DNA of 64,000 nt from Escherichia phage AV123, in sequence record OR352953.1. The stretch is one strand, 5' to 3'. Within the stretch, counting starts at the first letter, position 1. The number at the start of each line of letters is the position of its first letter. The position numbers and the translations under genes are program-made. A model generated the notes under the pieces. The model was not told the origin of the DNA. It did not search any database and saw only the letters and a list, made by a program, of their open reading frames with translations. Positions 18,369-28,442 of this stretch are shown piece after piece.

Positions 18369-21244
18369 TGTCAAGAATTAAGCACAGAATTGACAATGTT
18401 TTCCAACTGATCGATGGACATATTCAGTTCTTAGATCGTAATACAGGTTTAACTGTAGATCCTACAGTGCAACACTATGTATTAAACCCACAAAACGTTC
18501 TAGCTAATAACAGACACTTTATAAACTGGACTGCTCAAGAAGGGCAACCAAACGGGGATGCTACAACAGAAGGTCAATCCGTGCTTATTCTTGGTTGCGC
18601 TTATGCATACCTGGCTTCCGGCGATACAAAGTATTTAGACTCTGCTAAAAAATATTGGCAAGCCTATATAGATTACTTCTTTGGTGGTCAACCTATACCA
18701 GATCCGCCAGCAAAATATCGCCCTAACTGGATTATTAACGGTAAAGAACCACGTCTTGCACATTATCCTCTTACAGATGATGGCTACCCTACACACGGAG
18801 GTTTTAAGGGTAGCTTAATGACGTGGACTAACGGTAGAACAGTTATTCCTCATGGTGCTCCGCATTGGGGAGAATACCTTGACAAAGCATGGTTTGCTTT
18901 TAATGGTAATCTAGGATGGAACTCTGTAAACGCTACAGTATATGCTGTTAATGCAGATGGTACAACAGATTGGTCTAAGAATGGAGATCAATGGGATGTT
19001 GATTGGATCATTGATCGTCTAGGACGTAAAGTTGATTGGGATGGAAATATCTTAGAAGAAGGTTTTCCAACATCTCAATACGGAACAGTTCAACTAAAAA
19101 ATACTTCTGTAAACGGTACATATAAATTTAACTACGCGACTTGTAACCCTGTTGAACACGGTGGTTATTTAATGGAGCGTAACACTATGTGGCATAACAG
19201 ACCAGTTAACGTTCCGGTAGAAATGGGCTTTCAGGATAATGCGTCAGATGCTGAAACTTGGTGGTGTGATGCTAATTACCTGATGTACCAAATTACAGGA
19301 GAAAGAAAATATTGGCTATGCTGGCAGTCTTCACTGTTAGTGTGTCAAGATTACTCAAACATTGATATGTTTGATAAATTCTTCCGTAAGTCTACATATG
19401 CAACTATCCCGTTTACAGATGGCATCTCTTACGATTATTCGTATCCATCTACAGCAATACCTAAATATTCAAGAGATACTTTAGGTTATATTGTTATTAG
19501 ACAAGATGTTGCTGCTCAAACAACATTAGAACAGCAAGCCATTTGGTTTAAAGTTGATCAGAACTCTAAGTTACGAGTTCAGTTTCAAGGTGTAGATGAC
19601 GCAGGACATGGTATTCTTTTCCGTCCAGAGTTGGAACTAAGTAAGACCAAAGATGAAAATAACACAGTAACTTACCGCTGTGGCTTACCACTGGGTACAG
19701 CTAATATGACAAGCATGGATATTCCATTATCCAGCTTTATGAGAAGCACCCCTCCAAGTGGTGGAACATATATTATCGCAGATCCGCGAATTATTGTTGA
19801 CTGGGGTGACAATACTGTGGTACAATATAAGTATGTAACAGGTATTGCTGGAACTAATAATGACCAGATTGTTACTGCATCAATGGATACGGATGGTGGT
19901 GTTACTGTTGGTTTTTGGTTAACTCCTACATCAAAAGCTAATGTTAAGTCTATTACATATAGAACATATGAAGATGACTTTAACATGACTATCACGGATG
20001 CTCAAGGTTGGAGATGGTGGGCTATGCTGCCTAAAACGCAAGGGGCATGGAGTACGAAGACTTTATCAGCCTCTGCTTTTAAGTTAAGTGCTTACCAGCC
20101 TAATCATCCAGAAACAGATCCTAAACCTTCAGCAATAAATCTTACTGCTGTAGATCAGGTAAATTTAGTTCTTGATACGGCTCCTGTCAATGGTTTAACA
20201 GGAACAATAGATTTCTATTGTATTAACGATGTACCTGAAAGATATTCGTCATCTTCTGGTGATGATTATACCATGTACTTCCGTATTACTGTACAGGCTT
20301 CAAGTCCTCATACTGCTAAGTTAGGTGATTGTACTATTATTGACTATAAGTTAAATAGTCTTAATTACACACCAGGAATAATTCCATTCTCTAATATCAG
20401 TGACCCAAACACTGCATTATACGATGGATGGCGTGGTATTCCATACCCAGGATACCAGTATCCTTCCTTATACTGTTTCGCAGGTAGGGATATTGATTGG
20501 ACACGTTTAAACAACAGTATTGATTTCTTGTATGATGCTCAAATGTGGTTTTATAACACGTTTGATCCTGTGATGCCTGGGCCTATGGCACAAGCATATG
20601 TGTGGGATCGTTGGGATGCAAGAAAATACGGTGAACCTAATACGTTTACAATGAAACACTGGAATGAAAAAGCGTGGGATGGTTATGAAGCTCGTGCATT
20701 CTACTGTGCTTGTCATGCTGTATACGAACTTGTACAAAGAGGAGAAACACCTCCTGAAAAACTAGTAACTGTTTGTAAAAATTGGATCAACTACCTTAAA
20801 TGGTTCCAAGACAATAATGATGGAAGAACACCAACTATCTTTAATCCAGATGGTACAGTTCTTGCACCTATAGATGACTTTACTAGTCATATGTCTGCAC
20901 TGTTTATGGCGGGTTGTTCAATCATGGGCTTGGCAGGTTATGATTCACAAATTCCAAACATTGGTATTGTAGCAGACAGATGTTTTGATCTGATTCAGCA
21001 AAACTATATTGTGCTTTCCCCTAACCATCCGATGAATGGTTCCTGGAGTGTTGCACCACGCCCAGATTCAGATAACGGAATGTTCTTTGGTTTCCATGCT
21101 GGAGAACTATTACGTGGTTTTGGTTTATATGCCTTATATCGTAAACTAAATCCTCAAAACGCCTTACCAATTTTGGACAATAGTAACATACCGACACTAA
21201 CTGTTCTAACTATGAATGATATTAGTGTTGATGTAACCAAATAA
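18368..21244 (+). CDS. large tail-associated protein (receptor-binding or host-glycan-degrading, function unknown)
   Basis: 958 aa ORF in the baseplate/fibre block, start overlaps the preceding stop. No catalytic motif recognised by eye. Confidence 0.4.
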   Translation: MSRIKHRIDNVFQLIDGHIQFLDRNTGLTVDPTVQHYVLNPQNVLANNRHFINWTAQEGQPNGDATTEGQSVLILGCAYAYLASGDTKYLDSAKKYWQAYIDYFFGGQPIPDPPAKYRPNWIINGKEPRLAHYPLTDDGYPTHGGFKGSLMTWTNGRTVIPHGAPHWGEYLDKAWFAFNGNLGWNSVNATVYAVNADGTTDWSKNGDQWDVDWIIDRLGRKVDWDGNILEEGFPTSQYGTVQLKNTSVNGTYKFNYATCNPVEHGGYLMERNTMWHNRPVNVPVEMGFQDNASDAETWWCDANYLMYQITGERKYWLCWQSSLLVCQDYSNIDMFDKFFRKSTYATIPFTDGISYDYSYPSTAIPKYSRDTLGYIVIRQDVAAQTTLEQQAIWFKVDQNSKLRVQFQGVDDAGHGILFRPELELSKTKDENNTVTYRCGLPLGTANMTSMDIPLSSFMRSTPPSGGTYIIADPRIIVDWGDNTVVQYKYVTGIAGTNNDQIVTASMDTDGGVTVGFWLTPTSKANVKSITYRTYEDDFNMTITDAQGWRWWAMLPKTQGAWSTKTLSASAFKLSAYQPNHPETDPKPSAINLTAVDQVNLVLDTAPVNGLTGTIDFYCINDVPERYSSSSGDDYTMYFRITVQASSPHTAKLGDCTIIDYKLNSLNYTPGIIPFSNISDPNTALYDGWRGIPYPGYQYPSLYCFAGRDIDWTRLNNSIDFLYDAQMWFYNTFDPVMPGPMAQAYVWDRWDARKYGEPNTFTMKHWNEKAWDGYEARAFYCACHAVYELVQRGETPPEKLVTVCKNWINYLKWFQDNNDGRTPTIFNPDGTVLAPIDDFTSHMSALFMAGCSIMGLAGYDSQIPNIGIVADRCFDLIQQNYIVLSPNHPMNGSWSVAPRPDSDNGMFFGFHAGELLRGFGLYALYRKLNPQNALPILDNSNIPTLTVLTMNDISVDVTK

Positions 21245-21252
21245 GGAAAATA

Positions 21253-23412
21253 ATGAAACAGGCTATTTTTACTGTAACTCGAAATACGAGAGTAAATGCC
21301 AGTTCATTCAGCTATAAGACCGTCGATGGAACGGCGGTCGCTGGTAGAGATTATGTAGCTAAACAGGGAACAGTAACGTTCCCTTCTGATGCAGATTCTG
21401 CTACTGTAGTGGTTGATGTATATGAACGTCCGGCAAACTCTTTAGATCTTTATTTTACTCTTGAGATTACTAGCATAAGTCAAAATAACATGATGATCAA
21501 TGAAGAAATTCGTTGTGTTATTACGACTAATCAATCGAATACAACCCCGCTAACTTGGCCTGTTGTGAAGTCTAGAATGTTTGATCCTAAGTTTTGGACA
21601 ATAGATTCTCAAGCAACAGAAAGTTGTTCTATTATCTCTAATGGTGATTCTTTCACAGCAAGAATGGTTAATAGGACAGTGGCTGGTCTTGCTGGGATTA
21701 TTTGGTCAACTTACGATAAATATGATCACAAAGGATTAGGCTACCAAGAACATTCTGACTTAAGTAAAGAGAAACTTTGGTTTAAAATGGAACTTAGTCA
21801 AGGTGTTCCTGGATTAAAAGAAGAAAAATTATTGCCATCCTTAACAGTGACACTGAAGGATGAAACAGTTCATTATGTATCTCTAAACTTTTATGCAGAA
21901 GAAGTTTCAGAGGATGGTAAAACAGCAACAATAAAATTAGATTTCTCAAATTTAAAATCTGGGCCAGAAAATGATATTGTTGTTGACACTACACAGATAG
22001 ATAATATGTTCTTCTCCTTGATCTCCACAAGGTATCAAGAAATTGAAGATATTATTCCTGTAGACAATGAGGATCTTTCCTTTAAGTTTACCATACTGGA
22101 ACCTGATACGGGTTATAGTATGATGAATATGGGTAATTTAAATGTTCCAGCACACACCATAAGAATGTGTACATCTTATGATGATATGTATAACCTTACC
22201 CCAGAGCGAGTTATTTCTAACACCTACAGATTAGGTTATAGGGATATGATTAACCACTATAATGGTATGTCACACTATTATCAATTTAGTTGGGACGCTG
22301 GCTCTAATAAATGGGCTTTAAACAGAACAGAATATTTAAACCCAGCAACAGAAGCCTGGTTTGATAACTTCCACGCTAATGCAAAAGCTATGGGTTACAC
22401 AGTAATGAACTCCTTAAGTTTTGAACTTATGAGTACAGTGTGTCCTGTAGAATGGGTACAACATACTTGGAATGATGATCTTGCTGCTACAGGTTATGAG
22501 CCACCAAGTTATGTTTTATCTCCTTCAATTGATGAAGGGATGAATTATTTACAAGGTGTAATAAATAAGATAGCTTCTATATCTGCTGCTAATGATCTTC
22601 CGGTTATTATTCAGGTTGGTGAACCGTGGTGGTGGTATAACACAGCTACTAATCTACCGTGTATTTATGATTATACAACCAAAGTTGCATTTAATAATGA
22701 AACTGGATTGTATGCACAAGATGTTGGTACAGTTAAAAATTATAAAACTGGTACACCATATGATGAATATTATGCATTCCTATCTAAAACATTAGGACTG
22801 CGTGTTGCTAAATTTGCAACAGATACCAGATTAGCATATCCTGGAGCTAAAGTTACATTGTTACCATTTGTGCCATCCATTTTAGGTAATGGTATGATGG
22901 AGTTTGTTAACTTCCCTAAAGATTATTATATCCCAGAAAACTTTGACTTTTATTGTTCAGAATGTTATGATTGGTTGTTGGAAGGTAAGATGGAAAGATC
23001 TTTTGACGCTATCACAATACCTAATGAGCAACTAGGTTTTAGTTATGATAAGATACATTATCTTGCAGGGTTTGTTCCAGATGCAACTCTAGCACCATTA
23101 TATGGCTTTGATCCTGAATCAGACTACAGAACATATTTGTGGAAAATGATTATAGGTAATATTGTATTGAATGACCAGAAGTTTGTTGGTTTATATCAAT
23201 ACATATGGGCTTATCCACAAATAATGCATGATTCAATAACTATTCTTAATTCAAAATCCCAAGTTTTTTATATGGGTAATGTGCCTTTGAATTGCTATTT
23301 GCAAGATATCACTCTTAAACAGGTAAATGTTACGATTGCTACTATAAGCGGAATTACATTAGCCACTAAATCTGGAGAAGATTTAGTAACAACACAAAAA
23401 TTTTATATATAG
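21253..23412 (+). CDS. tail-associated protein with N-terminal Calx-beta-like domain
   Basis: SFSYKTVDGTAVAGRDYVAKQGTVTFPSDADSATVVVDVYER matches the Calx-beta pattern (G.A..G.DY.....TL.F). Remaining 600 aa of unknown function. Confidence 0.4.
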   Translation: MKQAIFTVTRNTRVNASSFSYKTVDGTAVAGRDYVAKQGTVTFPSDADSATVVVDVYERPANSLDLYFTLEITSISQNNMMINEEIRCVITTNQSNTTPLTWPVVKSRMFDPKFWTIDSQATESCSIISNGDSFTARMVNRTVAGLAGIIWSTYDKYDHKGLGYQEHSDLSKEKLWFKMELSQGVPGLKEEKLLPSLTVTLKDETVHYVSLNFYAEEVSEDGKTATIKLDFSNLKSGPENDIVVDTTQIDNMFFSLISTRYQEIEDIIPVDNEDLSFKFTILEPDTGYSMMNMGNLNVPAHTIRMCTSYDDMYNLTPERVISNTYRLGYRDMINHYNGMSHYYQFSWDAGSNKWALNRTEYLNPATEAWFDNFHANAKAMGYTVMNSLSFELMSTVCPVEWVQHTWNDDLAATGYEPPSYVLSPSIDEGMNYLQGVINKIASISAANDLPVIIQVGEPWWWYNTATNLPCIYDYTTKVAFNNETGLYAQDVGTVKNYKTGTPYDEYYAFLSKTLGLRVAKFATDTRLAYPGAKVTLLPFVPSILGNGMMEFVNFPKDYYIPENFDFYCSECYDWLLEGKMERSFDAITIPNEQLGFSYDKIHYLAGFVPDATLAPLYGFDPESDYRTYLWKMIIGNIVLNDQKFVGLYQYIWAYPQIMHDSITILNSKSQVFYMGNVPLNCYLQDITLKQVNVTIATISGITLATKSGEDLVTTQKFYI

Positions 23413-23420
23413 GAGTAAAA

Positions 23421-25616
23421 ATGTCAACTACAATTACTAATTTACCCGAAACATCAAAAGTTAATGGTTCAGATTACCTGGTTTTAGATCAACCTAATAA
23501 AACTGTTAAAACCACAGTTTCCAACTTTCTTACTGACACTGGGGTGGTTTTAGCCACCCAGTTGAAAGATACAGGTGGAGCAGATTTAATACAATCCTCA
23601 AATGGTAATACTGTTCAGGAAGAGTTGAATAACAATCTTCTTAATGATCGTGAACTATGGCATCGTAGTCTTGCTGAGGCAGGGTTAACTCTTGTCAACG
23701 GTAGCTTTGAAGATGGCGCTATATTAAATAATAAGACGGATGCTGTTTGGTATATTGCAGGTGGACAGTGCTATACATGGGGTGGTGCTTTCCCTAAAGC
23801 TGTTCCCGCTGACTCAACCCCTGAAACATCCGGTGGTGTTGGGCCGGGTGCGTGGGTTTTGGTGAACGCCACCACCCAGCTACCTTATGTCACCCCTGAA
23901 ATTTATGGTGCAAAGGGTGATGGCGTAACTGACGACTTGACCGCGATACAAGCGGCATTAGATTCAGGTAAAGATGTAATTTTTTCTAAAAAATATACAG
24001 TATCAGCCCGTTTAACTTTGAAAACTAATAACCAGACTCTACAATTTATTAATGGGTCTTCTTTGATGTGCAATGTACCGACAGTTACCTTGCTGTATGG
24101 TTCTGGTGTTACAGGTGTCAAAATCTTTAATGCTCGTCTTGCCTCCAGTTCAGGTTCTACCAACACATATAATGGTTCTTGTGTTTGGTTAGATACATGC
24201 TCATATTGTTGCATTGAAGATTGTGTGTTTTCTAACTATAAAGCCTCGGCGGTATTTCTAAATAACTCAAGTTATTGTAATGTTGTGAGATGCACATTTT
24301 TGGGATCTCCGGGGGCTGCTGGTGACGTGACTATGTGGCGTTCCAATGTGGGGCACTTGATTTCTGATAACAATATGGTTTCTGGTTCAGATACTGCTAT
24401 TGTTTTGCAAACAATTGATGATGGGGACCATTCTAATGCCAACAGAATAGTTAACAATACTATTGAAAATTGTACGCGGTATGGTATAGTCGTTTATAAC
24501 AATCTGGAAACAAAGACAGGGACACTCACCAATACATTGGTACAAGGGAACACCATTAAGAATATTTATGGTAATGTTCTTAATACCACAACCCAAACAT
24601 ATACTTACGGATCAGGGATATACATTTTGTCTGCCGAAGGTATCAAAGTGATTGGGAATACCATAGATCTCACAAATCAAAACACCGATTCTACGACACT
24701 TTCACCAGCGTGTATTGGTGTGAACGCAACATCTGAAGCCATTATTTCCAATAATATAATTTCTCGTGGGGCTTATTATGGGATTATGATTTCAGATGCA
24801 CTACAGCAGGGGGTAGGGACTAACGCCAATTCTGAATCATTTAAACCAAATTCTACTGTCGTTGTTGCTAACAATATTATTAAAGCATGTTCCCGTAGCG
24901 GGTTGTATATCTTTAATCATCATAATGTTAAATGTGTGGGTAATATCACTATTTCCAACACACAAAATGGGGTTCTCACAGGTGCTGATAATGCGTTATA
25001 TCCAACTTTAAACAATATTGAAATTCTTTCGCACACTTCCAGAGAAAATACTATGGCTGGTCTGTCAATAACAAAATGTGATACCCCTACGATTGATGTA
25101 TCAGAATGTAAGGATAATTCGGGAGATGGAATCTATTGTTCTTCAATAAATGCTGTTATCAAAGTGGGGAGCGTAATTCGGAACAACAGAGGGATCGTGA
25201 TTGCAGCTTCCGGTTGTTCAATAATGGGCGGTAGAGTCACAGGGAATACTACAGGAATATTATCTACTCTTAGTTATAAGTTGATTTCTGCTTATGTAGC
25301 TGGTAATACTACAGATTATTCTGGGGATTTCGGTCCAATTTTGTCCTACAAAGGTAACTCTACACCATCAGTCAAAGACAGAGATACGATCATCCTGAGC
25401 GATGCCACTACCATAACCGATTTCACTGATGGTGTGTTGGGCCAGACAATTAAGATTAGGGCCACAGTTAATGGAACGGTTATTTCTCATAATTCATCCG
25501 GTATACGTCTTAAAGGGAATACCTCATTCTCTATGCAAGCTGGAGAAACATTGACGTTAACTAAATTTTACACGAACCAATGGGATGAAATATCTAGAAA
25601 AACCGTAACCGAATAA
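23421..25616 (+). CDS. tailspike protein with pectate-lyase-like right-handed beta-helix (putative polysaccharide depolymerase)
   Basis: N-terminal anchor motif (SDYLVLDQPNKTVKTTVSNFL), then YGAKGDGVTDDLTAIQAAL (pectate-lyase-3 type hallmark), then many repeats of the form NN.I..C.R.G consistent with beta-helix rungs. Confidence 0.65.
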   Translation: MSTTITNLPETSKVNGSDYLVLDQPNKTVKTTVSNFLTDTGVVLATQLKDTGGADLIQSSNGNTVQEELNNNLLNDRELWHRSLAEAGLTLVNGSFEDGAILNNKTDAVWYIAGGQCYTWGGAFPKAVPADSTPETSGGVGPGAWVLVNATTQLPYVTPEIYGAKGDGVTDDLTAIQAALDSGKDVIFSKKYTVSARLTLKTNNQTLQFINGSSLMCNVPTVTLLYGSGVTGVKIFNARLASSSGSTNTYNGSCVWLDTCSYCCIEDCVFSNYKASAVFLNNSSYCNVVRCTFLGSPGAAGDVTMWRSNVGHLISDNNMVSGSDTAIVLQTIDDGDHSNANRIVNNTIENCTRYGIVVYNNLETKTGTLTNTLVQGNTIKNIYGNVLNTTTQTYTYGSGIYILSAEGIKVIGNTIDLTNQNTDSTTLSPACIGVNATSEAIISNNIISRGAYYGIMISDALQQGVGTNANSESFKPNSTVVVANNIIKACSRSGLYIFNHHNVKCVGNITISNTQNGVLTGADNALYPTLNNIEILSHTSRENTMAGLSITKCDTPTIDVSECKDNSGDGIYCSSINAVIKVGSVIRNNRGIVIAASGCSIMGGRVTGNTTGILSTLSYKLISAYVAGNTTDYSGDFGPILSYKGNSTPSVKDRDTIILSDATTITDFTDGVLGQTIKIRATVNGTVISHNSSGIRLKGNTSFSMQAGETLTLTKFYTNQWDEISRKTVTE

Positions 25617-25672
25617 ATATTGATCAATAGGGGTTAAGTGCTCCTCTTCTTTTGATGCTATTTATCAAAACA

Positions 25673-25811
25673 GAGTATCATCACACCGCAATGTTTCAAA
25701 AACATTGACAACTTTGTGTGCACAAGTTATAATGCACACACGTTAATAGATGGTTTGTGTGGCTTGCCGCACTTTACGACACAACAAGAACAAGCGACTG
25801 AGTATCATCAC
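25673..25811 (+). repeat. 12 bp direct repeat pair (GAGTATCATCAC) flanking a promoter
   Basis: Identical 12-mers at 25673-25684 and 25800-25811. Confidence 0.5.
25705..25733 (+). promoter_or_regulatory. perfect-consensus sigma70 promoter (TTGACA-17-TATAAT)
   Basis: TTGACA at 25705-25710, 17 nt spacer containing the palindrome TGTGCACA, TATAAT at 25728-25733. Confidence 0.6.
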
Positions 25812-25838
25812 CCTGAAGGGGAAATCATCTCCTTCAGG
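25812..25838 (+). other. stem-loop (CCTGAAGG-N11-CCTTCAGG) in the transcribed leader
   Basis: 8 bp perfect inverted repeat. No downstream U tract, so probably not a terminator. Confidence 0.4.
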
Positions 25839-25874
25839 TGGTGTTCAGTGCATAACGTATAAAAGGAAAAGTAA

Positions 25875-26012
25875 ATGTTAAATTACACCACTAGTCGCCC
25901 AACAGTAGCTATCTCAGATCTTGATAGCACTGGGGTTGTAACTTTATCAAACGATCTTGTCGTGGATCAACCTGATGCCACGAGAAAGGCCTCTTTAGCC
26001 TCTGTTCTGTAG
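25875..26012 (+). CDS. small ORF (45 aa) resembling a tailspike N-terminal anchor domain; possible gene remnant or small adaptor
   Basis: MLNYTTSRPTVAISDLDSTGVVTLSNDLVVDQPDATRKASLASVL shares the anchor motif with the N-termini of the 17895 and 23421 proteins. RBS AAAAGGAAAAG. Below the ORF-track size cut-off. Confidence 0.35.
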   Translation: MLNYTTSRPTVAISDLDSTGVVTLSNDLVVDQPDATRKASLASVL

Positions 26013-26064
26013 ACCTTGGGGAATTAGCTGTATATCGTGATTTAAAAAGTAATGAGAACGCACC

Positions 26065-26310
26065 ATGAGAAAATTTTTAATAGGTATGTTCTGTACATAT
26101 CCTGATAATAAAGTCAGTTCTACTAAAGTTTGGAATGCTATTGGTATGATTGTTATGTCCAGTATGTTTATTTATTTGGGAATTGATAAAGAAATTCCTG
26201 AATGGATGGGCTGGGCTTTTGTTTTTATGATCACACCATCCAGACTAATGAAGAATTTAATAGATTTACGTTGGGGCAGATCACCTGCCCCTGATAAGGA
26301 GGATAACTAA
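26065..26310 (+). CDS. small membrane protein (2 predicted TM segments)
   Basis: 81 aa with hydrophobic stretches AIGMIVMSSMFIYLGI and WMGWAFVFMITP. Weak RBS. Confidence 0.35.
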   Translation: MRKFLIGMFCTYPDNKVSSTKVWNAIGMIVMSSMFIYLGIDKEIPEWMGWAFVFMITPSRLMKNLIDLRWGRSPAPDKEDN

Positions 26311-27797
26311 TGGCAGATTATGGTTTAACAGATGCTGGTTTTGTAATTCCAACGTTTGATGATATTTTAAATAATTATATGACAGCATTGAAAAACACTT
26401 TCGGTGCAGATACAGCTACATCCGAAGATACTGTCTTTGGTCAACTGTTTCGTATTATTGCATATACAGATTACACCCTTTGGGAAGGTATGCAAGGTGT
26501 TTACAATACCCAAACCTTAGATGGTGCAGAAGGTATTTACCTTGATGAAATTTTCTCTAAAAGGGGTTTTTATCGTAAAGCTGCTTCTGCTGGTAGTGGT
26601 TATGCTTATGTTAAATCTAACAATAAGGCAGCTTGGACTTATGAGCTAAGCACAGATGTTTATTTTAATGCTGATAACGATTTAACGTATTATGTCAGTG
26701 CACCAACAATGTTGAATGCTAAGATTGGAGCGTACACCATTTCTAAAGCAAACGCAACAGCTTCTGGTGAAACTTCTATTACTTTCTACATTCAAAGTGC
26801 TATTGATGGTGGTCTTAACAGTAAAACATTAAGTCCTAGCAATACAAACTTTATTTTAGATCTCACGAATTTCATTAAAGCTAACGTATCAACAACAGAT
26901 CGTGCTTTAGTATGGAATGATGCTAGTAATGTTTACATGGGTTATAATCCAGAAGATAATGTTAACCCAATAGGTCTAGTAACACCAGTGAAATTTTACG
27001 CATCTATTGCAATTGGTACAAAATGGAGTGAAATTCCAGTTACGTGTTCAGACGTTGGTTATAATCCAGTAGGTACAGAAAGTATCACAGGTATTTCTTC
27101 AACGTTTACAGGCTTTTTAGATACAGGTAACTTCTATCCATTCTCTCCAGGTACAGATGTTGAAACAGATGCAGAATTCCGTTCTCGTTTCAATGATAAT
27201 ATGGATGAAGCTAATGCTGCTACTCGTGCTGCTATTGTTAAAGCTCTGCTACTGACAGATGGTGTGACAAAGGTTAAGATTTATGATAACCCTACATTAC
27301 ATGATCAGGAACATGCTCCAGCTATGACATTCCAGACTATTGTGTATGGTGGTACAGCAGAAGAAGTTGCACAGGTTATTTATAATACTAAGCCTATTAA
27401 CACCCTAACCTATGGTACAACAGCAATTACTATCGTAACAGAAGATGGTGGTCAAGAAGTAATTCGTTTTTCTCCTGGTGACAATGCTGAATATTCACTT
27501 AAACTAGTATATCAAACTGGCAATGGTAGTGTGTTAAGTACAACAGAAAGAGAAAATATTGTTTCTGCTCTTTCAAATCTACAGGCTTATTTTGAGTTAG
27601 GGTCAACAGTAACTAACGATCAGATAAAAGGTGTAATTTATTCTGCACTTGCGTTCGGACGCTTGACTTCTCTCCGTGTTTATGTTAAACTTAATACTGA
27701 GGATGACAGTAAATATAATGAGGGAGATATCACTCCAGCGTACAATGTTGTACCATCCTTTGACCTTGATAATATTTCCTACGAGTACGGAGTCTAA
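26310..27797 (+). CDS. baseplate protein (J/gp6-like, putative)
   Basis: 495 aa with strong RBS AAGGAGG, followed by a small I-like gene, a fibre gene and a putative fibre chaperone (J-I-H-G-like order). Assignment by position and size only. Confidence 0.4.
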   Translation: MADYGLTDAGFVIPTFDDILNNYMTALKNTFGADTATSEDTVFGQLFRIIAYTDYTLWEGMQGVYNTQTLDGAEGIYLDEIFSKRGFYRKAASAGSGYAYVKSNNKAAWTYELSTDVYFNADNDLTYYVSAPTMLNAKIGAYTISKANATASGETSITFYIQSAIDGGLNSKTLSPSNTNFILDLTNFIKANVSTTDRALVWNDASNVYMGYNPEDNVNPIGLVTPVKFYASIAIGTKWSEIPVTCSDVGYNPVGTESITGISSTFTGFLDTGNFYPFSPGTDVETDAEFRSRFNDNMDEANAATRAAIVKALLLTDGVTKVKIYDNPTLHDQEHAPAMTFQTIVYGGTAEEVAQVIYNTKPINTLTYGTTAITIVTEDGGQEVIRFSPGDNAEYSLKLVYQTGNGSVLSTTERENIVSALSNLQAYFELGSTVTNDQIKGVIYSALAFGRLTSLRVYVKLNTEDDSKYNEGDITPAYNVVPSFDLDNISYEYGV

Positions 27798-27799
27798 AA

Positions 27800-28429
27800 A
27801 TGGCAGTGAGTGTTGACCATGTGACAACGTGGGATAGTATCAATGAAGATGTTAAAGACCTACTGATTGAAGATTTTAAATCTTCTCCGAACATTGTCAA
27901 ACTACTCTATATCATTTCTAGCGAAAAACAAAAGATAGATCAGGCAATGATCTATCTTGCCAAACACCGCTTAATCTCTACTGCAACTGGTAAGTATTTA
28001 GATCTTATTGGTGAAGAGATGGGGATGGAAAGAAATGGTGCTACAGATGAAGAGTATCGTACAATATTAAAAATCAGGGCTTATCGTGTTGCGTCTTCTG
28101 GTACGCGAGATGATATCATTGATATGTTCGCTCGTTTTACAGGAACAGAAAAAGAAACGATTAATACATACGTTGGATTAAATAAAACATTCGACGTATT
28201 CTTTTATAATTTGTGTCTACAATCCGATCAGGCAGTAGCACAGTTACTTAACGTTTTCCCGATCCTAAGTAGTTATCGCTTAGGTGCGAAAGCGGGTGCA
28301 GCCTTTGGTTTCACTTCCTATTATGCCACAACTCCACCTCATGGTATAGGTGGTTTAGGTTCTCTTTACACAGAGGCTGAAGGAGATGATACAGGGCGAA
28401 TGACTATGCTGATAGCTCAAATAGAATAA
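27800..28429 (+). CDS. baseplate/tail protein (I-like, putative)
   Basis: 209 aa ORF between the J-like gene and the fibre gene. Confidence 0.35.
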   Translation: MAVSVDHVTTWDSINEDVKDLLIEDFKSSPNIVKLLYIISSEKQKIDQAMIYLAKHRLISTATGKYLDLIGEEMGMERNGATDEEYRTILKIRAYRVASSGTRDDIIDMFARFTGTEKETINTYVGLNKTFDVFFYNLCLQSDQAVAQLLNVFPILSSYRLGAKAGAAFGFTSYYATTPPHGIGGLGSLYTEAEGDDTGRMTMLIAQIE

Positions 28430-28442
28430 GGAGTTACTCTTA

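Noticed and set aside
25617-26064. Possible tRNA or other structured RNA gene in the 448 bp intergenic island
   Set aside because: No T-loop-like GTTCRANYC box or cloverleaf-compatible pairing was seen by eye. The hairpin at 25812-25838 alone is insufficient. A covariance-model scan would be needed to be sure.
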